Below, piece by piece: positions 37,953 to 48,290 of a stretch of 64,000 nt of DNA. Below the pieces are notes generated by a model. It was not told the DNA's origin. It made no database searches and saw only the letters and a program-made list of their open reading frames with translations. Source of the stretch: a virus (taxonomy: Duplodnaviria; Heunggongvirae; Uroviricota; Caudoviricetes); the IMG/VR virus record IMGVR_UViG_3300027710_000009. The stretch is one strand, 5' to 3'. How positions within the stretch are numbered: position 1 is the stretch's first letter; each line of letters begins with the position of its first letter. The position numbers and the translations under genes are program-made.

Positions 37953-38412
37953 CTAAATTCCTAAAATTACGCCAATCATCAATGTTTGGCTTTTCGTTTT
38001 CATCATAGGTCCAACCCAGGACCCGCATCAATTTGTGTTTCACCAGCAGGTTTGGACTGCGAAACTTTTCAGTGTCTTGGAAACCCATCATTACACCAAT
38101 TTCACAGACTGCGCCACTACGGCACAACCCAGCCATACAGTGTACTATAACATCCATTTTTTGGTCAAGTGCATGTTGCAAAAGAGCCACAATGGATTCT
38201 GCTTGTGCATCAGTGATCTTGGCTTCGTCCGGAAAGTCATCTGTACGTTCTGCATCCAGGAATTCAAACCTATGCACTTCGCAAAACTTGTGCTTGGGCT
38301 CGGGCCACCAGGAACTGCACGGATCCATGATCTGGATCAGCATGGAGTTTTCCTTTACGGCAACGTGAAAGCCTTTAGGAATATCTGCCGCGGCTACATT
38401 CTGGATCCACAT
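37945..38412 (-). CDS. Cys-dependent (PTP/DSP-like) phosphatase
   Basis: HCxxGxxRS motif: VHCMAGLCRSGA. Confidence 0.8.
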   Translation of the reverse strand: MWIQNVAAADIPKGFHVAVKENSMLIQIMDPCSSWWPEPKHKFCEVHRFEFLDAERTDDFPDEAKITDAQAESIVALLQHALDQKMDVIVHCMAGLCRSGAVCEIGVMMGFQDTEKFRSPNLLVKHKLMRVLGWTYDENEKPNIDDWRNFRNLDV

Positions 38413-38441
38413 AAGAAAGCCCTTTATTACTGAATACCCAT

Positions 38442-38472
38442 AGTATACAGCAAAAGGGCTTTTTGGTCAACC
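38442..38472 (-). promoter_or_regulatory. Phage early promoter, copy 5
   Basis: GG-TTGACC-17(GCCC)-TATACT. Confidence 0.8.
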
Positions 38473-38495
38473 AAAAGAAAGCCCCTTGCGGGGCT
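38473..38495 (-). terminator. Terminator ending the fibre region
   Basis: AGCCCC-GCAA-GGGGCT-TTCTTTT on minus. Confidence 0.75.
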
Positions 38496-38518
38496 CCAAA
38501 AGTAGTACTTTTGTTAAC

Positions 38519-39364
38519 TTAGGACCCAGCGGCTGACAAGCGGGCCGCAAGCTGATTTAGGGCCGCACCAATGGTGCTTACGTTGCTGGTCCACTGCTGA
38601 TAATTGGCCATGGTAAAAGTGGCCGCTACACTTATGCTGTCTAGTAGCGAAGGACTCAGTGCAATATTGTTGATGGCCACGTTGGCCGCCGCAATGTTGG
38701 CTTGCAGTGAACTGATAGCAGAATTGGCCGCTGTGACGTTTGCTCTTACGTCTGCCACTGCCACGTTGGTAGCAAAGGTCACACCTTGTGTGCTGATAGC
38801 AGAGTTTACTGCTGTGATGTTGGCAGTGAGTTGTTCAATATTTGCAAATCCAGATCCTGTTACAAAACTAGCAATAGCCAAATTGGCGGCTGTGATGCTG
38901 GATTGTAGTGCTGTGATGTTGGCATTGGCCAACACAATGGCTTCGTTTTGAATTGTGGCGTTGCCAAACAACAGACCAATCTGTACATTTGCAGCCTCAA
39001 CGTTGGCACGAACTCCTGCAATGTTGGCAAAAATCACAGTGGCATTACTTGCCAAAGTAAATGCATCAATTGCCGCTTGTTGTACAACAGCATTGGATTG
39101 CAAGGCCACAATAGCATTGGACTGAGTGGCAGCATTGGCTTGTAACACTGTGATTGTTGTGGCTTGATTGGCAGCATTGGCAGTGAGTGAACTGATGCTG
39201 GCGTTTACTGCACTGGCGTTGGCAAGTGGAACACCGCCAGCTGTGACACCGTCGTGTACAACCACCACGTGCTTAACTGTGTCTACTGTGATTTCGCCGT
39301 TGGCGCCCACAAAATTTGCATGTTCTGCTGTGGTTCCTCTGCGGTATATTACTTGCTTGGCCAT
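38519..39364 (-). CDS. Fibre protein: Mtd_N-like anchor plus Asn/Ala coiled coil
   Basis: QVIYRRGTTAEH..FVG..GEITVDT...VHDG.TAGG; heptads with Asn at d. Confidence 0.75.
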   Translation of the reverse strand: MAKQVIYRRGTTAEHANFVGANGEITVDTVKHVVVVHDGVTAGGVPLANASAVNASISSLTANAANQATTITVLQANAATQSNAIVALQSNAVVQQAAIDAFTLASNATVIFANIAGVRANVEAANVQIGLLFGNATIQNEAIVLANANITALQSSITAANLAIASFVTGSGFANIEQLTANITAVNSAISTQGVTFATNVAVADVRANVTAANSAISSLQANIAAANVAINNIALSPSLLDSISVAATFTMANYQQWTSNVSTIGAALNQLAARLSAAGS

Positions 39365-39395
39365 TTTATATTATCCGTTTATCGTGTATTTATTG

Positions 39396-41579
39396 TCATG
39401 CGCCGCGCACCATAGCGCCGTTGAACCAGGTAATATTAGGGGAGTTCACTGCTGTAACAGTTACGTTTCCGCCGGACCCTTGTTGTACTCTGATTTCAAA
39501 ATAGTCTGTGGTGCCATTGGCGTACACCAATGAGCTCACTGTCATGGCCCAGAAGTTTGCGGCAATTTGTGTGCCTTGTTGGTTTGTGCCACGCTTGTGT
39601 TCTGTGGTATTTTTGTAGATCACAATCATCATTTCGCCTGTGCCGCTGACACCATCCAGTCGAACTTGTGCATTCAATTGATAGTAGCCTTCCACATTAG
39701 GAGTAAAGCGCGAGTTGGTGTAGCAATTATCTGTGTCAAATTCTTCTGTTTGGAATAGAACCTTTTGTTGGCTACCTGTTGTTATAGTTTGTAGTGTGGC
39801 ATTTGCATAGGCACTGAAGGCAGGACCGTTCACTGCTTTCTTACCGCCTATTGTGTACCCACCTGTGACATTCAAGTTGCCAGTATCGTACAAGGTCATC
39901 TTGGTTGATCCTGGGACGAACCAACGGAATGCTCCAGCATTGTTGTCAATCTGCCAGTTCTGTTGAGTGTTGCCGTTGAAGAATCCCACTCGTGGCGTTA
40001 CACCAGGTGCGGTGCCAGTGTTGCCCACAAACACACCACTCAAGATTGAGTTCTCGTCGTATGCACCACGGAACAGGCCAGACTGAGCAACAGTTAAGTT
40101 AGCCCCAACTTCTATGTTACCACCAGCGTACACATTGCCAGCAATGCCTGCGCCGCCTTTGACTACCAGAGCGCCGGTTGTTGTACTTGTACTGGATTGA
40201 TTGTTGTTGATTGTCACTTGCCCAGCAGAACTGAATGTAATATTCTGTCCACTTGCGTTAGTGCCACCAGTTGGGGTATTCTGACTGCGTAGAGTTGCTC
40301 CTAACCTAAATGTTATTTCAGCTGACGAGAACACTTGCAGTCCTGCACCACCGGCCCAGAGTCCGCCGCCAGAAGCTAATCCATTGGTTGCATTTTGGAA
40401 TACTTGATTCTGATCAACTGCTTCGTTGTAGATACCAAATTGATTTATAGTTGTGCCGCCGCCTGAGGTGTATCCAGGAACAAATACATTACCACCACTG
40501 AATTTTGCTACCCCACCAAAATTAAGATTTACAGAAGATGCCAAGTATGCAACTGTGTTTGCATTGGACTGTGTTACTAGATTACTGATGTTGGTTGTTG
40601 CTGTACCTAAGTTGGCATCAAGGGCGGTTATGTTTGTTGTAGCTGTACCCAGGTTGGCATCAAACGTGCTCAATGATGTTGATGAGCCAGGATATGCTGT
40701 GGTTTGTGTTGATCCATCTGGAAACAAGATCCAACTGCCAGGACCGCCAAAGGTATTCAATTGACTGAAAAATTGCCAGCTTTGTCTACCGTAGGCTGGA
40801 TGTGCCGCACCAGAGATGTTGGCAAAGTATCCGCCTGTGCGACTGTCTACTGTGAGTGGGCCTGTGGTGACAGAACTTGCCAACAACGCTGTGGTATTGG
40901 CATTGGCCTGTGTTACCAAGTTTGAAATATTTGTGGTTGCTGTGCCAAGATTGGCACTCAGCGTGGTAATGTTTGTTGTGGCTGTGCCAAGGTTGGCGTC
41001 ACGGCTGAAAATACTGGTATTGGCCCAGATTTGGTATGCGCCAATGTTGGCATCCAGTCTGTTGATGCTGGTGGCTTGTGTGCCTGCGTTGGAACTGAGT
41101 CCAGCAATGTTGGCATTGGCCCAGATCTGATATGCACCGATGTTGGCATCAATAGCAGTGATACGACTGTTGGCCGCTATCACATTGGCATTGCCTGTGG
41201 CCAGTGCCGCACTAGTAATGTAACCTTGTGTGGTCACAAATGTCTGTGTGGCATACGTGGCCAGTACCGCACCGCTTAGATAGTTTGAATCGTTTTCCAG
41301 CTGACTCACACGAGTTGGTTGTAGCACATCAATCAACGCACCTGCGGCAATGACGTTGGCGCCCAGTTGTACTCCACCCTTTACACTAGGAGTAGCAGTG
41401 GGTAGTGTGTAGGACCCACTTTGCCCTGTTACTATCTGCCCACCAGGTGTGTGGCCATCACTAACACGCATGGTGTTGGTGATGCTGTCATACCATAACC
41501 TGCCAGCAGAAACAACTCGTGTGTTTCCATCGCTGGCATTACGGCGTCGAGCAAAAAGGTCTTGCGTGAAGTCTGTCAT
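39396..41579 (-). CDS. Fibre protein with C-terminal C1q/TNF-like head
   Basis: DANLGTATTNI repeats; PAFSAY...VLFQTEEFD...FTPNVEGYY. Confidence 0.7.
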   Translation of the reverse strand: MTDFTQDLFARRRNASDGNTRVVSAGRLWYDSITNTMRVSDGHTPGGQIVTGQSGSYTLPTATPSVKGGVQLGANVIAAGALIDVLQPTRVSQLENDSNYLSGAVLATYATQTFVTTQGYITSAALATGNANVIAANSRITAIDANIGAYQIWANANIAGLSSNAGTQATSINRLDANIGAYQIWANTSIFSRDANLGTATTNITTLSANLGTATTNISNLVTQANANTTALLASSVTTGPLTVDSRTGGYFANISGAAHPAYGRQSWQFFSQLNTFGGPGSWILFPDGSTQTTAYPGSSTSLSTFDANLGTATTNITALDANLGTATTNISNLVTQSNANTVAYLASSVNLNFGGVAKFSGGNVFVPGYTSGGGTTINQFGIYNEAVDQNQVFQNATNGLASGGGLWAGGAGLQVFSSAEITFRLGATLRSQNTPTGGTNASGQNITFSSAGQVTINNNQSSTSTTTGALVVKGGAGIAGNVYAGGNIEVGANLTVAQSGLFRGAYDENSILSGVFVGNTGTAPGVTPRVGFFNGNTQQNWQIDNNAGAFRWFVPGSTKMTLYDTGNLNVTGGYTIGGKKAVNGPAFSAYANATLQTITTGSQQKVLFQTEEFDTDNCYTNSRFTPNVEGYYQLNAQVRLDGVSGTGEMMIVIYKNTTEHKRGTNQQGTQIAANFWAMTVSSLVYANGTTDYFEIRVQQGSGGNVTVTAVNSPNITWFNGAMVRGA

Positions 41580-41590
41580 TGATTAGTCAG

Positions 41591-42376
41591 TTAATCCCAA
41601 GTGCCACCGCTGGCCACCCAAGCACCTTCAATGTACATGAGATGCACTAGAGTTGCTCCAGGGGCGCCGCCGTCCAAACTTTCAAATGGGTACCAATCTA
41701 AATTGTCATATTCTGACACACTTTGACCGCCCCAGAGTCTGGCTCGTGCAATCGTAACCAAGCAGTGCTGTGGATCCCAAGCAGTGGCAGCTGACTGTTG
41801 TCTGGGAGTAAAGTACATGATCTGACCTTCGTAGCCATGATCCAAACTATACTGCCCAGCGTCAAGTTTTTGTACCTGGAATTCCAAGTCAAGAACCCTG
41901 GGGTTACTGGCCAATGTAGCAACTGAAAGCACAATGTTGTTGCCTTCTGTGCTGCCAAACTCTGCACCACTGAGTGTGACAGTGTCGTTTATCTTGTAGA
42001 ATTGGCCGCTGCCGGCGTATTGGACCTGTACGGTCGAGCCTTCATTGGTGATATCAACAACAAATGTGGCGCCAAAGCCGCGAGCACTGTTTGAACTCAG
42101 GTTGGGCACATCATAGTATGAGCCATCAGGGAGGCCTATGTTTGCGCCTGAGATGACGTTTACATTTCCAATTATACCAGCACCGTTGGTGGTAGGAGTA
42201 ATAGTCGAGATGCCGCCTATGTTTCGGCCAGTGTTACCGTCACGTTCATGTGATCGCAGTTGGCGAGTGTTGTAATCTCCGTCAACGGCTAAAAGTATGG
42301 TACCGTAGGCATGGCCAAGATCGTTATCGGGATTGGTGCTTAGTTGTGTTTCGCTGGTGTTTATTCTGTGTGTCAT
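41591..42376 (-). CDS. Putative virion structural protein
   Basis: G.GATF.V, GSG..Y..NDTVT..G...G beta motifs; fibre-cluster context. Confidence 0.55.
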   Translation of the reverse strand: MTHRINTSETQLSTNPDNDLGHAYGTILLAVDGDYNTRQLRSHERDGNTGRNIGGISTITPTTNGAGIIGNVNVISGANIGLPDGSYYDVPNLSSNSARGFGATFVVDITNEGSTVQVQYAGSGQFYKINDTVTLSGAEFGSTEGNNIVLSVATLASNPRVLDLEFQVQKLDAGQYSLDHGYEGQIMYFTPRQQSAATAWDPQHCLVTIARARLWGGQSVSEYDNLDWYPFESLDGGAPGATLVHLMYIEGAWVASGGTWD

Positions 42377-42395
42377 TGTTGTTACCTTTGTTTAA

Positions 42396-45188
42396 TTAGT
42401 CAAAATGATTCTTTGTTTCTGAACCATAAAACACCTTGGCGGTCCATTGAACAATCACAGTTTCATTGTCGAAATAGCTGCCTCGGTAGTACAGTTTGCG
42501 TTCTGAATTGTTGACGTTGTATGGTCTTTCCCAGAAGCTTTCGTCCTCAACGCTAAAACCACTTTGAGTTTCTGAGTGGGTGACTCTGTTGTCAGAATCG
42601 TCCTTGGCAATCATGATCTGTCCAATAAAATTACCGGCATCGTCACTGGCGAACGCATGGTAGTCAATTACAGCGCCGCGGAAATTGTATGGACCATTTG
42701 GCAGGTCTGCCGCGTCCCACCATAACACAGGTGCGGCAGGCACGCCTATTGTCATGGATACCGCACCCACATTGGCTGTGGGTCGGAACGGAGTGCTGTC
42801 ACTGGTGAAGTTTATGGTGCCAACATCGTTGGCTCTGTTGTAACCAGTTATGCGATACACAGTTGATGTATTGCTGAATCTCAAGGACGGCGGATTGTTT
42901 ACAAAATTGCTGTCATCGTCCCATCGAGCCAATGCCTCATCAAGCCCAGCGTAGGTGGCCGCATTAATGGTAACTGAATTGCCGCTGGCAATGTTGGCCG
43001 CTAATGCCACGCTGGTAAACTCGTCACCGCCGGGCCATTCAATCACCGCCATGCCCGACACTTGTTCACAACGCCATTCGTTTGCAGGATAGATACCAGC
43101 ATAGCCTGGGCTGGTGTGTCGTGCCAGTACCGGAGTGTAGGCTGTGATTTGTGTTGTGCCATCAGCAAAGCGAATGCCTGGCTGATAGTCAGGATTGATT
43201 TCTCTGCGTGTGTATTGTAAAAATGGTTCGTCACCGTTGTTGTAGCCTGTGAACTTGATGGCAAAGTAACGATCTGTGGCAATGTCTTTCATGACCAATA
43301 GTGCGCCAACAATGTTTTGTTGAAAGCTACTGTTTTCGTCGTAGGCAAGAGCACGATAAAAATTAGTGTATGATCTGTCTCTTACATTGCTAAAATCATC
43401 CCAGCCATCTGTGTTCCAAACTGTGCCCCGAGGAGCCACTCTGTCTTGATCATAATCAAGGTCAGCAGGTGTCTCCTGTGCGATGTTGTACAGATTTTCA
43501 CCTTCAACACGAGTCAACACCACATTGGCTGTGATTTCATCAGAGAGTTCGTCGCCTGCGTTCACAATAGTAAAGGTCACAGGATCGCCAATGTACCAGT
43601 CAGCCGCACCAGTCAGCTGAATATTGCCAGTTGCAGGCATGCTGCCTGCAACACTTGAGCCACGGTAGGCCACATCCACAAAGCCTGTCATGGTGATGTC
43701 GTTGTTGTCAACCACACGAGTCCAGGTCTGCAAGTCTGTTGATGTCAACAGGTCGTCGTCAAGGTTGCCCACAAAAGCCACATTGCCCACAATGGCCACG
43801 CCAGTGATTGGCCAACCATGACTCCATGTCAGTGTGGCATTGCCTGAGATTGCGCCCAGGTTGGCCCAGGCTTCAGCATTGGCCAAAGTGGTCATTGCAG
43901 GATTGGTATAGATGGTATATGTGTCTATTCCAGCGTTAGCGCCAAGATATTGTGTATAGTATGTGCCGTTGTAGCCAGACACTGATGCATTGGAAATGGT
44001 GATGCGTTCGGCTTCACTTTGGTCCCAGATCTGCCATTCACTGCTAGGAATTTCAATTGTTGACAAGGCAGCATCAATGGCCACAATGTTTGCAGTATAA
44101 GGAGCAGGCACAGATACAACATAACTGACACCGTTGTCACGAGTTGCAGCCACAGCACCTGTGTGGGCGCCAAACATGTGCCAGTTTGATGTATTGCCCT
44201 CAAAGGTGATTGGACCGCTGGCCTGTGCTACAAAGCCGTAACCTTCGTTGTCAGGTATGTACTTCAGTGTGTCATAAACCGCAGCCGCAACGTTGGAATT
44301 GGCGCTCCAGGTGGCAGTTGGTGTTGCAGTGATTGCCACATTGGCATTGCTGGAGAAGCGAGCACGGCCAAGGTTATTGTCGATTGACCCATCAAATGCC
44401 ACCCAGCTGTTGCCGGACCAGCCCACATGGTCAAGATCTAGGCCAAGTTCATCGGTCCAAGTGTCTTCTGCATATATCTGTGCAGTTGTGATGTCTGACA
44501 CAAAAAAACCGTCGCCGGGGCCTCCACCAAAATCTTTATTACCAAACAGCCAACCAGTGCCATTGTACGCCACTCGATTAAATTGCACCCCACCTTCTTG
44601 CTGGCCTCGTATGGTCCAGTTGTAGCCGTCCTCACTGTAGGCCCAGGCTGGTCCATTTGGACCTTCACCTATGAGATACCCACAGGCCACATAGTAGCCA
44701 CCGCCATAGATCACATCCAGCCAAAAGAGATAATAATCCTGGGCGTCAATGTTCACAGACAGGGTGTTGACCAGTTCAACTGGCTTGCTTTGGACATTTG
44801 GAGCATAGAACAAACATGGATCGCCGTTGCTGGTTTGACCAACATAGACCACTGCATCAGGTCCAATGGCCACGCTACGGCACAGTGTGCCGTTGTCTTC
44901 ACCCATGCCAATTTCATAAGTGGGTGTCCAGGTTTCAGCGTCATGACTGTAGCTGGTTCCGCCCGAGGAGTTCACGGCAATCCACAAGGGTTTGTTTGTG
45001 ATATCTGTTTCAGTCAACCCGCCTGCAGAAGCAGAGGAATATTCCAAACTGACCCATGGAGTAGAGCCATCACCGTATTTTACCCGGTTTGTGTTGGTTT
45101 CCAAGCCAGGTTCGCCCTGTGCTAGAGTAGGGTTGGTTGCTGTCCAGTTTGCCGCTGTGTCGCGTCGGATTTGTATTTTACTTGCCAT
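42396..45188 (-). CDS. Fibre/spike protein with Mtd_N-like anchor and possible beta-propeller
   Basis: KIQIRRDTAANWTATNPTLAQGEPGLET..RVKYGDG; Asp-box-like SxDGxxW repeats; acidic. Confidence 0.75.
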   Translation of the reverse strand: MASKIQIRRDTAANWTATNPTLAQGEPGLETNTNRVKYGDGSTPWVSLEYSSASAGGLTETDITNKPLWIAVNSSGGTSYSHDAETWTPTYEIGMGEDNGTLCRSVAIGPDAVVYVGQTSNGDPCLFYAPNVQSKPVELVNTLSVNIDAQDYYLFWLDVIYGGGYYVACGYLIGEGPNGPAWAYSEDGYNWTIRGQQEGGVQFNRVAYNGTGWLFGNKDFGGGPGDGFFVSDITTAQIYAEDTWTDELGLDLDHVGWSGNSWVAFDGSIDNNLGRARFSSNANVAITATPTATWSANSNVAAAVYDTLKYIPDNEGYGFVAQASGPITFEGNTSNWHMFGAHTGAVAATRDNGVSYVVSVPAPYTANIVAIDAALSTIEIPSSEWQIWDQSEAERITISNASVSGYNGTYYTQYLGANAGIDTYTIYTNPAMTTLANAEAWANLGAISGNATLTWSHGWPITGVAIVGNVAFVGNLDDDLLTSTDLQTWTRVVDNNDITMTGFVDVAYRGSSVAGSMPATGNIQLTGAADWYIGDPVTFTIVNAGDELSDEITANVVLTRVEGENLYNIAQETPADLDYDQDRVAPRGTVWNTDGWDDFSNVRDRSYTNFYRALAYDENSSFQQNIVGALLVMKDIATDRYFAIKFTGYNNGDEPFLQYTRREINPDYQPGIRFADGTTQITAYTPVLARHTSPGYAGIYPANEWRCEQVSGMAVIEWPGGDEFTSVALAANIASGNSVTINAATYAGLDEALARWDDDSNFVNNPPSLRFSNTSTVYRITGYNRANDVGTINFTSDSTPFRPTANVGAVSMTIGVPAAPVLWWDAADLPNGPYNFRGAVIDYHAFASDDAGNFIGQIMIAKDDSDNRVTHSETQSGFSVEDESFWERPYNVNNSERKLYYRGSYFDNETVIVQWTAKVFYGSETKNHFD

Positions 45189-45228
45189 TTTGGAATGTCC
45201 TTGTATCCTATCGTGTATTTATTGCTTT

Positions 45229-45912
45229 TTATATTCCCCAGCGTCCGCGGGTTGTTTGAAAGTTCTGTAGTACTTCTGCGTCTGACAGGGCTCGTGTGTA
45301 TAGCCTAAATTCCCCAAAATCTGCTGTGAGTGCGCTGCCGTTGCCAAAGTTGGTGACAGAAGCAGTAAACATGTCAAAAAACATGGGATTGACGCCGTAG
45401 TCTCTTGGGCTGACCTCTGGGCTAAAATTGGATGTGTTTACCAAGGCGCCGTTGTAATAGGTTTTGAGTGCGCCGTCTGTGACGTAGGTCACTACATAGT
45501 GTTGCCACGCATCTCTTGTGATTGCGGGATTACCGCCTTCGTAGCCAGCACTGCCGCCGGTCCAATAGCCAGGAACCAGTGTGGTTGCACTGATTTCAAC
45601 TGCACTCACTGTGTAGCCACCTGTAGCTTGTTTGATCAACAATGCGCCATTGTTGCTGCCTGTGGTACGCACCCAGAATTCGTAGGTGTAGTCGTTGTTG
45701 GTGAGTGTGGTGGTATCAATCGTATCTGTTGTCAATGACTGTGAGCCAGTAAACACCAGATAGTTGCCTGTCTGTGCGGGACTACCTGTGCGTGTGAGTC
45801 CTGCCCAGTTGTTGGTACTGGTGGCATCAAACAAGGGTGTGCTCACAATAGGGCCAGCGGCAGGCTGAGCCTTGACTGTGAGATTCTTGATGGTGGCGTT
45901 GGTTATCAACAT
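45229..45912 (-). CDS. LamG/concanavalin-A-like domain protein
   Basis: YTYEFWVR, WQHYVVTY, YYNG, FRLYTRALSDAEVLQNF. Confidence 0.8.
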   Translation of the reverse strand: MLITNATIKNLTVKAQPAAGPIVSTPLFDATSTNNWAGLTRTGSPAQTGNYLVFTGSQSLTTDTIDTTTLTNNDYTYEFWVRTTGSNNGALLIKQATGGYTVSAVEISATTLVPGYWTGGSAGYEGGNPAITRDAWQHYVVTYVTDGALKTYYNGALVNTSNFSPEVSPRDYGVNPMFFDMFTASVTNFGNGSALTADFGEFRLYTRALSDAEVLQNFQTTRGRWGI

Positions 45913-45922
45913 AAAATATTCT

Positions 45923-46870
45923 TTATAATGCACCCACTAGAGTTACTGTGACATAGCCATTGCCCAGGATGGTGTTTCCTGTTGCTGACACACTAGACAA
46001 GTTTAGAGTATAACTACCGCCGCCGGCGGCTGCGAAGGTTTGACCAGCATCGCCAGCACCACCACCGTTGTATCCGCCGCCGCCAGAGCCGCGAGCACTT
46101 CCGCCGCCGCCACCACCAAATCCGCCTACAGATTCGCTGCCGTTGCCAGGACCGCCATTGGCTCCAAATCTAAAACTGCGGCCGCCCAAGACTAATCCGC
46201 TGGATGCGCCACCGTTACCAAAAAAGCCGCCACCACCACCTGGATAGCCACTAGTGCTTTGATTCTCGCCGGCAGCACCATTCTGGCCACCATTTACGTT
46301 TGAGCCGCCACCGCCGCCACCGCCTGTGGCTTTATTATAACCTGGGATAAATCCCGGAGTTACTGCCACGTTGCCGCCGGCAGGAAATATGTTTGATGAG
46401 AGGCCATTTCTGCCGCCACCGCCACCTGCTATAGCTATGATACTGGCATTTGAGTTAAACGGAGCTCTAACAACAAATGATGCACCGCCACCTGATCCAT
46501 AACTGGCAATAGTATTAGCACCACGTTGTCCCACTACAATTTGAATGACTTCTCCACGAATGAGTGTGGTAGTGCCAGACACCAGCGCACCCAAGCCCAC
46601 ATTGGTTCCACCGCTGGCGCCAGCGGCTGTTATAGTATACGTACCAGTGGCAGGAACCGTCCAAGTTTGAATGCCAACTGGTGATGTAAAATACTCATCG
46701 CTGTTGATCCAGGTGTTGCCTGTGGTGTCGTAGATAGCACGTAGATTGGCAGTGGTAGGACCAAATCTACCCACGCTGTTGGCATTAGTAAATGTCCAGG
46801 TGGCGAAGGCATACAAGGGAGGATTACCCTGTATGTTTGCACCGTTGATGTTTCCGCCGTTAATATCCAT
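45923..46870 (-). CDS. Glycine-rich virion protein
   Basis: QTWTVPATGTYTITAAGASGG, many GGGGG tracts. Confidence 0.75.
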   Translation of the reverse strand: MDINGGNINGANIQGNPPLYAFATWTFTNANSVGRFGPTTANLRAIYDTTGNTWINSDEYFTSPVGIQTWTVPATGTYTITAAGASGGTNVGLGALVSGTTTLIRGEVIQIVVGQRGANTIASYGSGGGASFVVRAPFNSNASIIAIAGGGGGRNGLSSNIFPAGGNVAVTPGFIPGYNKATGGGGGGGSNVNGGQNGAAGENQSTSGYPGGGGGFFGNGGASSGLVLGGRSFRFGANGGPGNGSESVGGFGGGGGGSARGSGGGGYNGGGAGDAGQTFAAAGGGSYTLNLSSVSATGNTILGNGYVTVTLVGAL

Positions 46871-46871
46871 G

Positions 46872-48287
46872 TTAATACCCAAACCTGGTTTTGTAAGCCG
46901 CGTGTTGGGCTTGTATTTCAGTCAAGGTCAATTCTCCGTCCCAGACTTTGACAAATCCGATATCAGCATCTACTTGTTCACTGTTGGTAGTAGTATTGGC
47001 AAATCTACCCCACAATCTTAAACCATTAAATCCGCCATTGTCACTGCCGGTGCCGTTGGTACCTGTAGGTGCTGTGTTGGTAGCTATGTAGCTTTTGCTT
47101 CTAGTTGCGCTCACAGTACCAGTACAAGTAAACCAAATAAAGCGCCAGGCAGTATTTGCGGCAGTGGAACTAGAGCCAATGAATGAGCCAGCAAATGCAA
47201 TGTCCATTCGTGCGGCAGGTGCACCCCATAGGCCCATCAAAAAGTCCGGAGAAGCTGTGTTGGCATTTAGCAATCTACCAGCGGTAACGCCATTCCACTT
47301 GTAGGCCATGCCCACAGTGTAGGCTTGTGTGCTACTGGTAAAATCAGGACCAAAAGTCATAAAATTATTAGTAGATGCTGAGGTCACTCTAAACACACCA
47401 CCGTTATCACTGCTCCATGAAATCCTTGGTGTAGGATTTTGCACAGTTATAGGATAAGCACCAGTGGCATCATAAGAGGTAAACGGATACTGTAAAGAAA
47501 CACTGGTAGTGCCTACATTGGTCACTGTTAATGCGTTTGTTGAACTATCTGTAAACGGCACAGTGGTCAGTGGCAATAGTAACTGTGTTTGCCCAGCAGT
47601 GATGGCCGAAATATTTGTACCTGCGTTTTGTGTCAATGCCAGCGGACTTGTGGGTACCGTGAATGTGCCGGTGTACACAGCAACACCTCTAACCACACGA
47701 ACATTGGACAAGTTACCACTGCCGTTGGCACTGGCACCGTGGTCGCCCATAATACGAAGTTTCATATCAGCACCCATGTCTAGTACGTTAGCTGAGTATG
47801 TGCTACCTGCTTGTGTTCCATCAACCCACATTTTGATAGAACCCGACTGTCGGGTTATTGCTATGTGATGCCAAGCGTTGAGCAAGGATGCTATTGATGG
47901 GCCAGTAATTTTTGCACCGCTGCCTCCTGTGCCATCTGTGTATAGGTCAAGAGTGGTGCTGGTAATTCTACCAAAGTCAAATCTAGTAACGGGATAACTG
48001 CCTACACCCGGATCAGACCAAAAATCAAGCACATCGCTTCGTTGATTCACGGTGGGTCTCCACCAACATTCAATAGTAAAATCTGCTGTGCCAAAACCAA
48101 ATGCTGCGGTTGAGGCGATGTCAAAATATTGTGTGCTTCCATTAAAGTTAGCACTCAACCCCGTATAAGTGGCCGCATCTAGATCAAGTACCAGACTGGC
48201 TGAGGTTGTCAATGCGGCAGCTACCACAGGAGGTTTGTATACTCTCTGTGCGGGCTGGTGTAAAGCACTAAATCGTCCTAGTTTCAT
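46872..48287 (-). CDS. Double LamG-like domain virion protein
   Basis: DFTIECW, WHHIAITR, SNVRVVRGVAVYTG.FTVPTSPL. Confidence 0.75.
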   Translation of the reverse strand: MKLGRFSALHQPAQRVYKPPVVAAALTTSASLVLDLDAATYTGLSANFNGSTQYFDIASTAAFGFGTADFTIECWWRPTVNQRSDVLDFWSDPGVGSYPVTRFDFGRITSTTLDLYTDGTGGSGAKITGPSIASLLNAWHHIAITRQSGSIKMWVDGTQAGSTYSANVLDMGADMKLRIMGDHGASANGSGNLSNVRVVRGVAVYTGTFTVPTSPLALTQNAGTNISAITAGQTQLLLPLTTVPFTDSSTNALTVTNVGTTSVSLQYPFTSYDATGAYPITVQNPTPRISWSSDNGGVFRVTSASTNNFMTFGPDFTSSTQAYTVGMAYKWNGVTAGRLLNANTASPDFLMGLWGAPAARMDIAFAGSFIGSSSTAANTAWRFIWFTCTGTVSATRSKSYIATNTAPTGTNGTGSDNGGFNGLRLWGRFANTTTNSEQVDADIGFVKVWDGELTLTEIQAQHAAYKTRFGY

Positions 48288-48290
48288 TGA

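Noticed and set aside
38519-39364. Enrichment of N-x-S/T glycosylation sequons in fibres
   Set aside because: Eight sequons counted in 281 aa, roughly what the high Asn and Ser/Thr content would give; the AN pattern is explained by coiled-coil heptads
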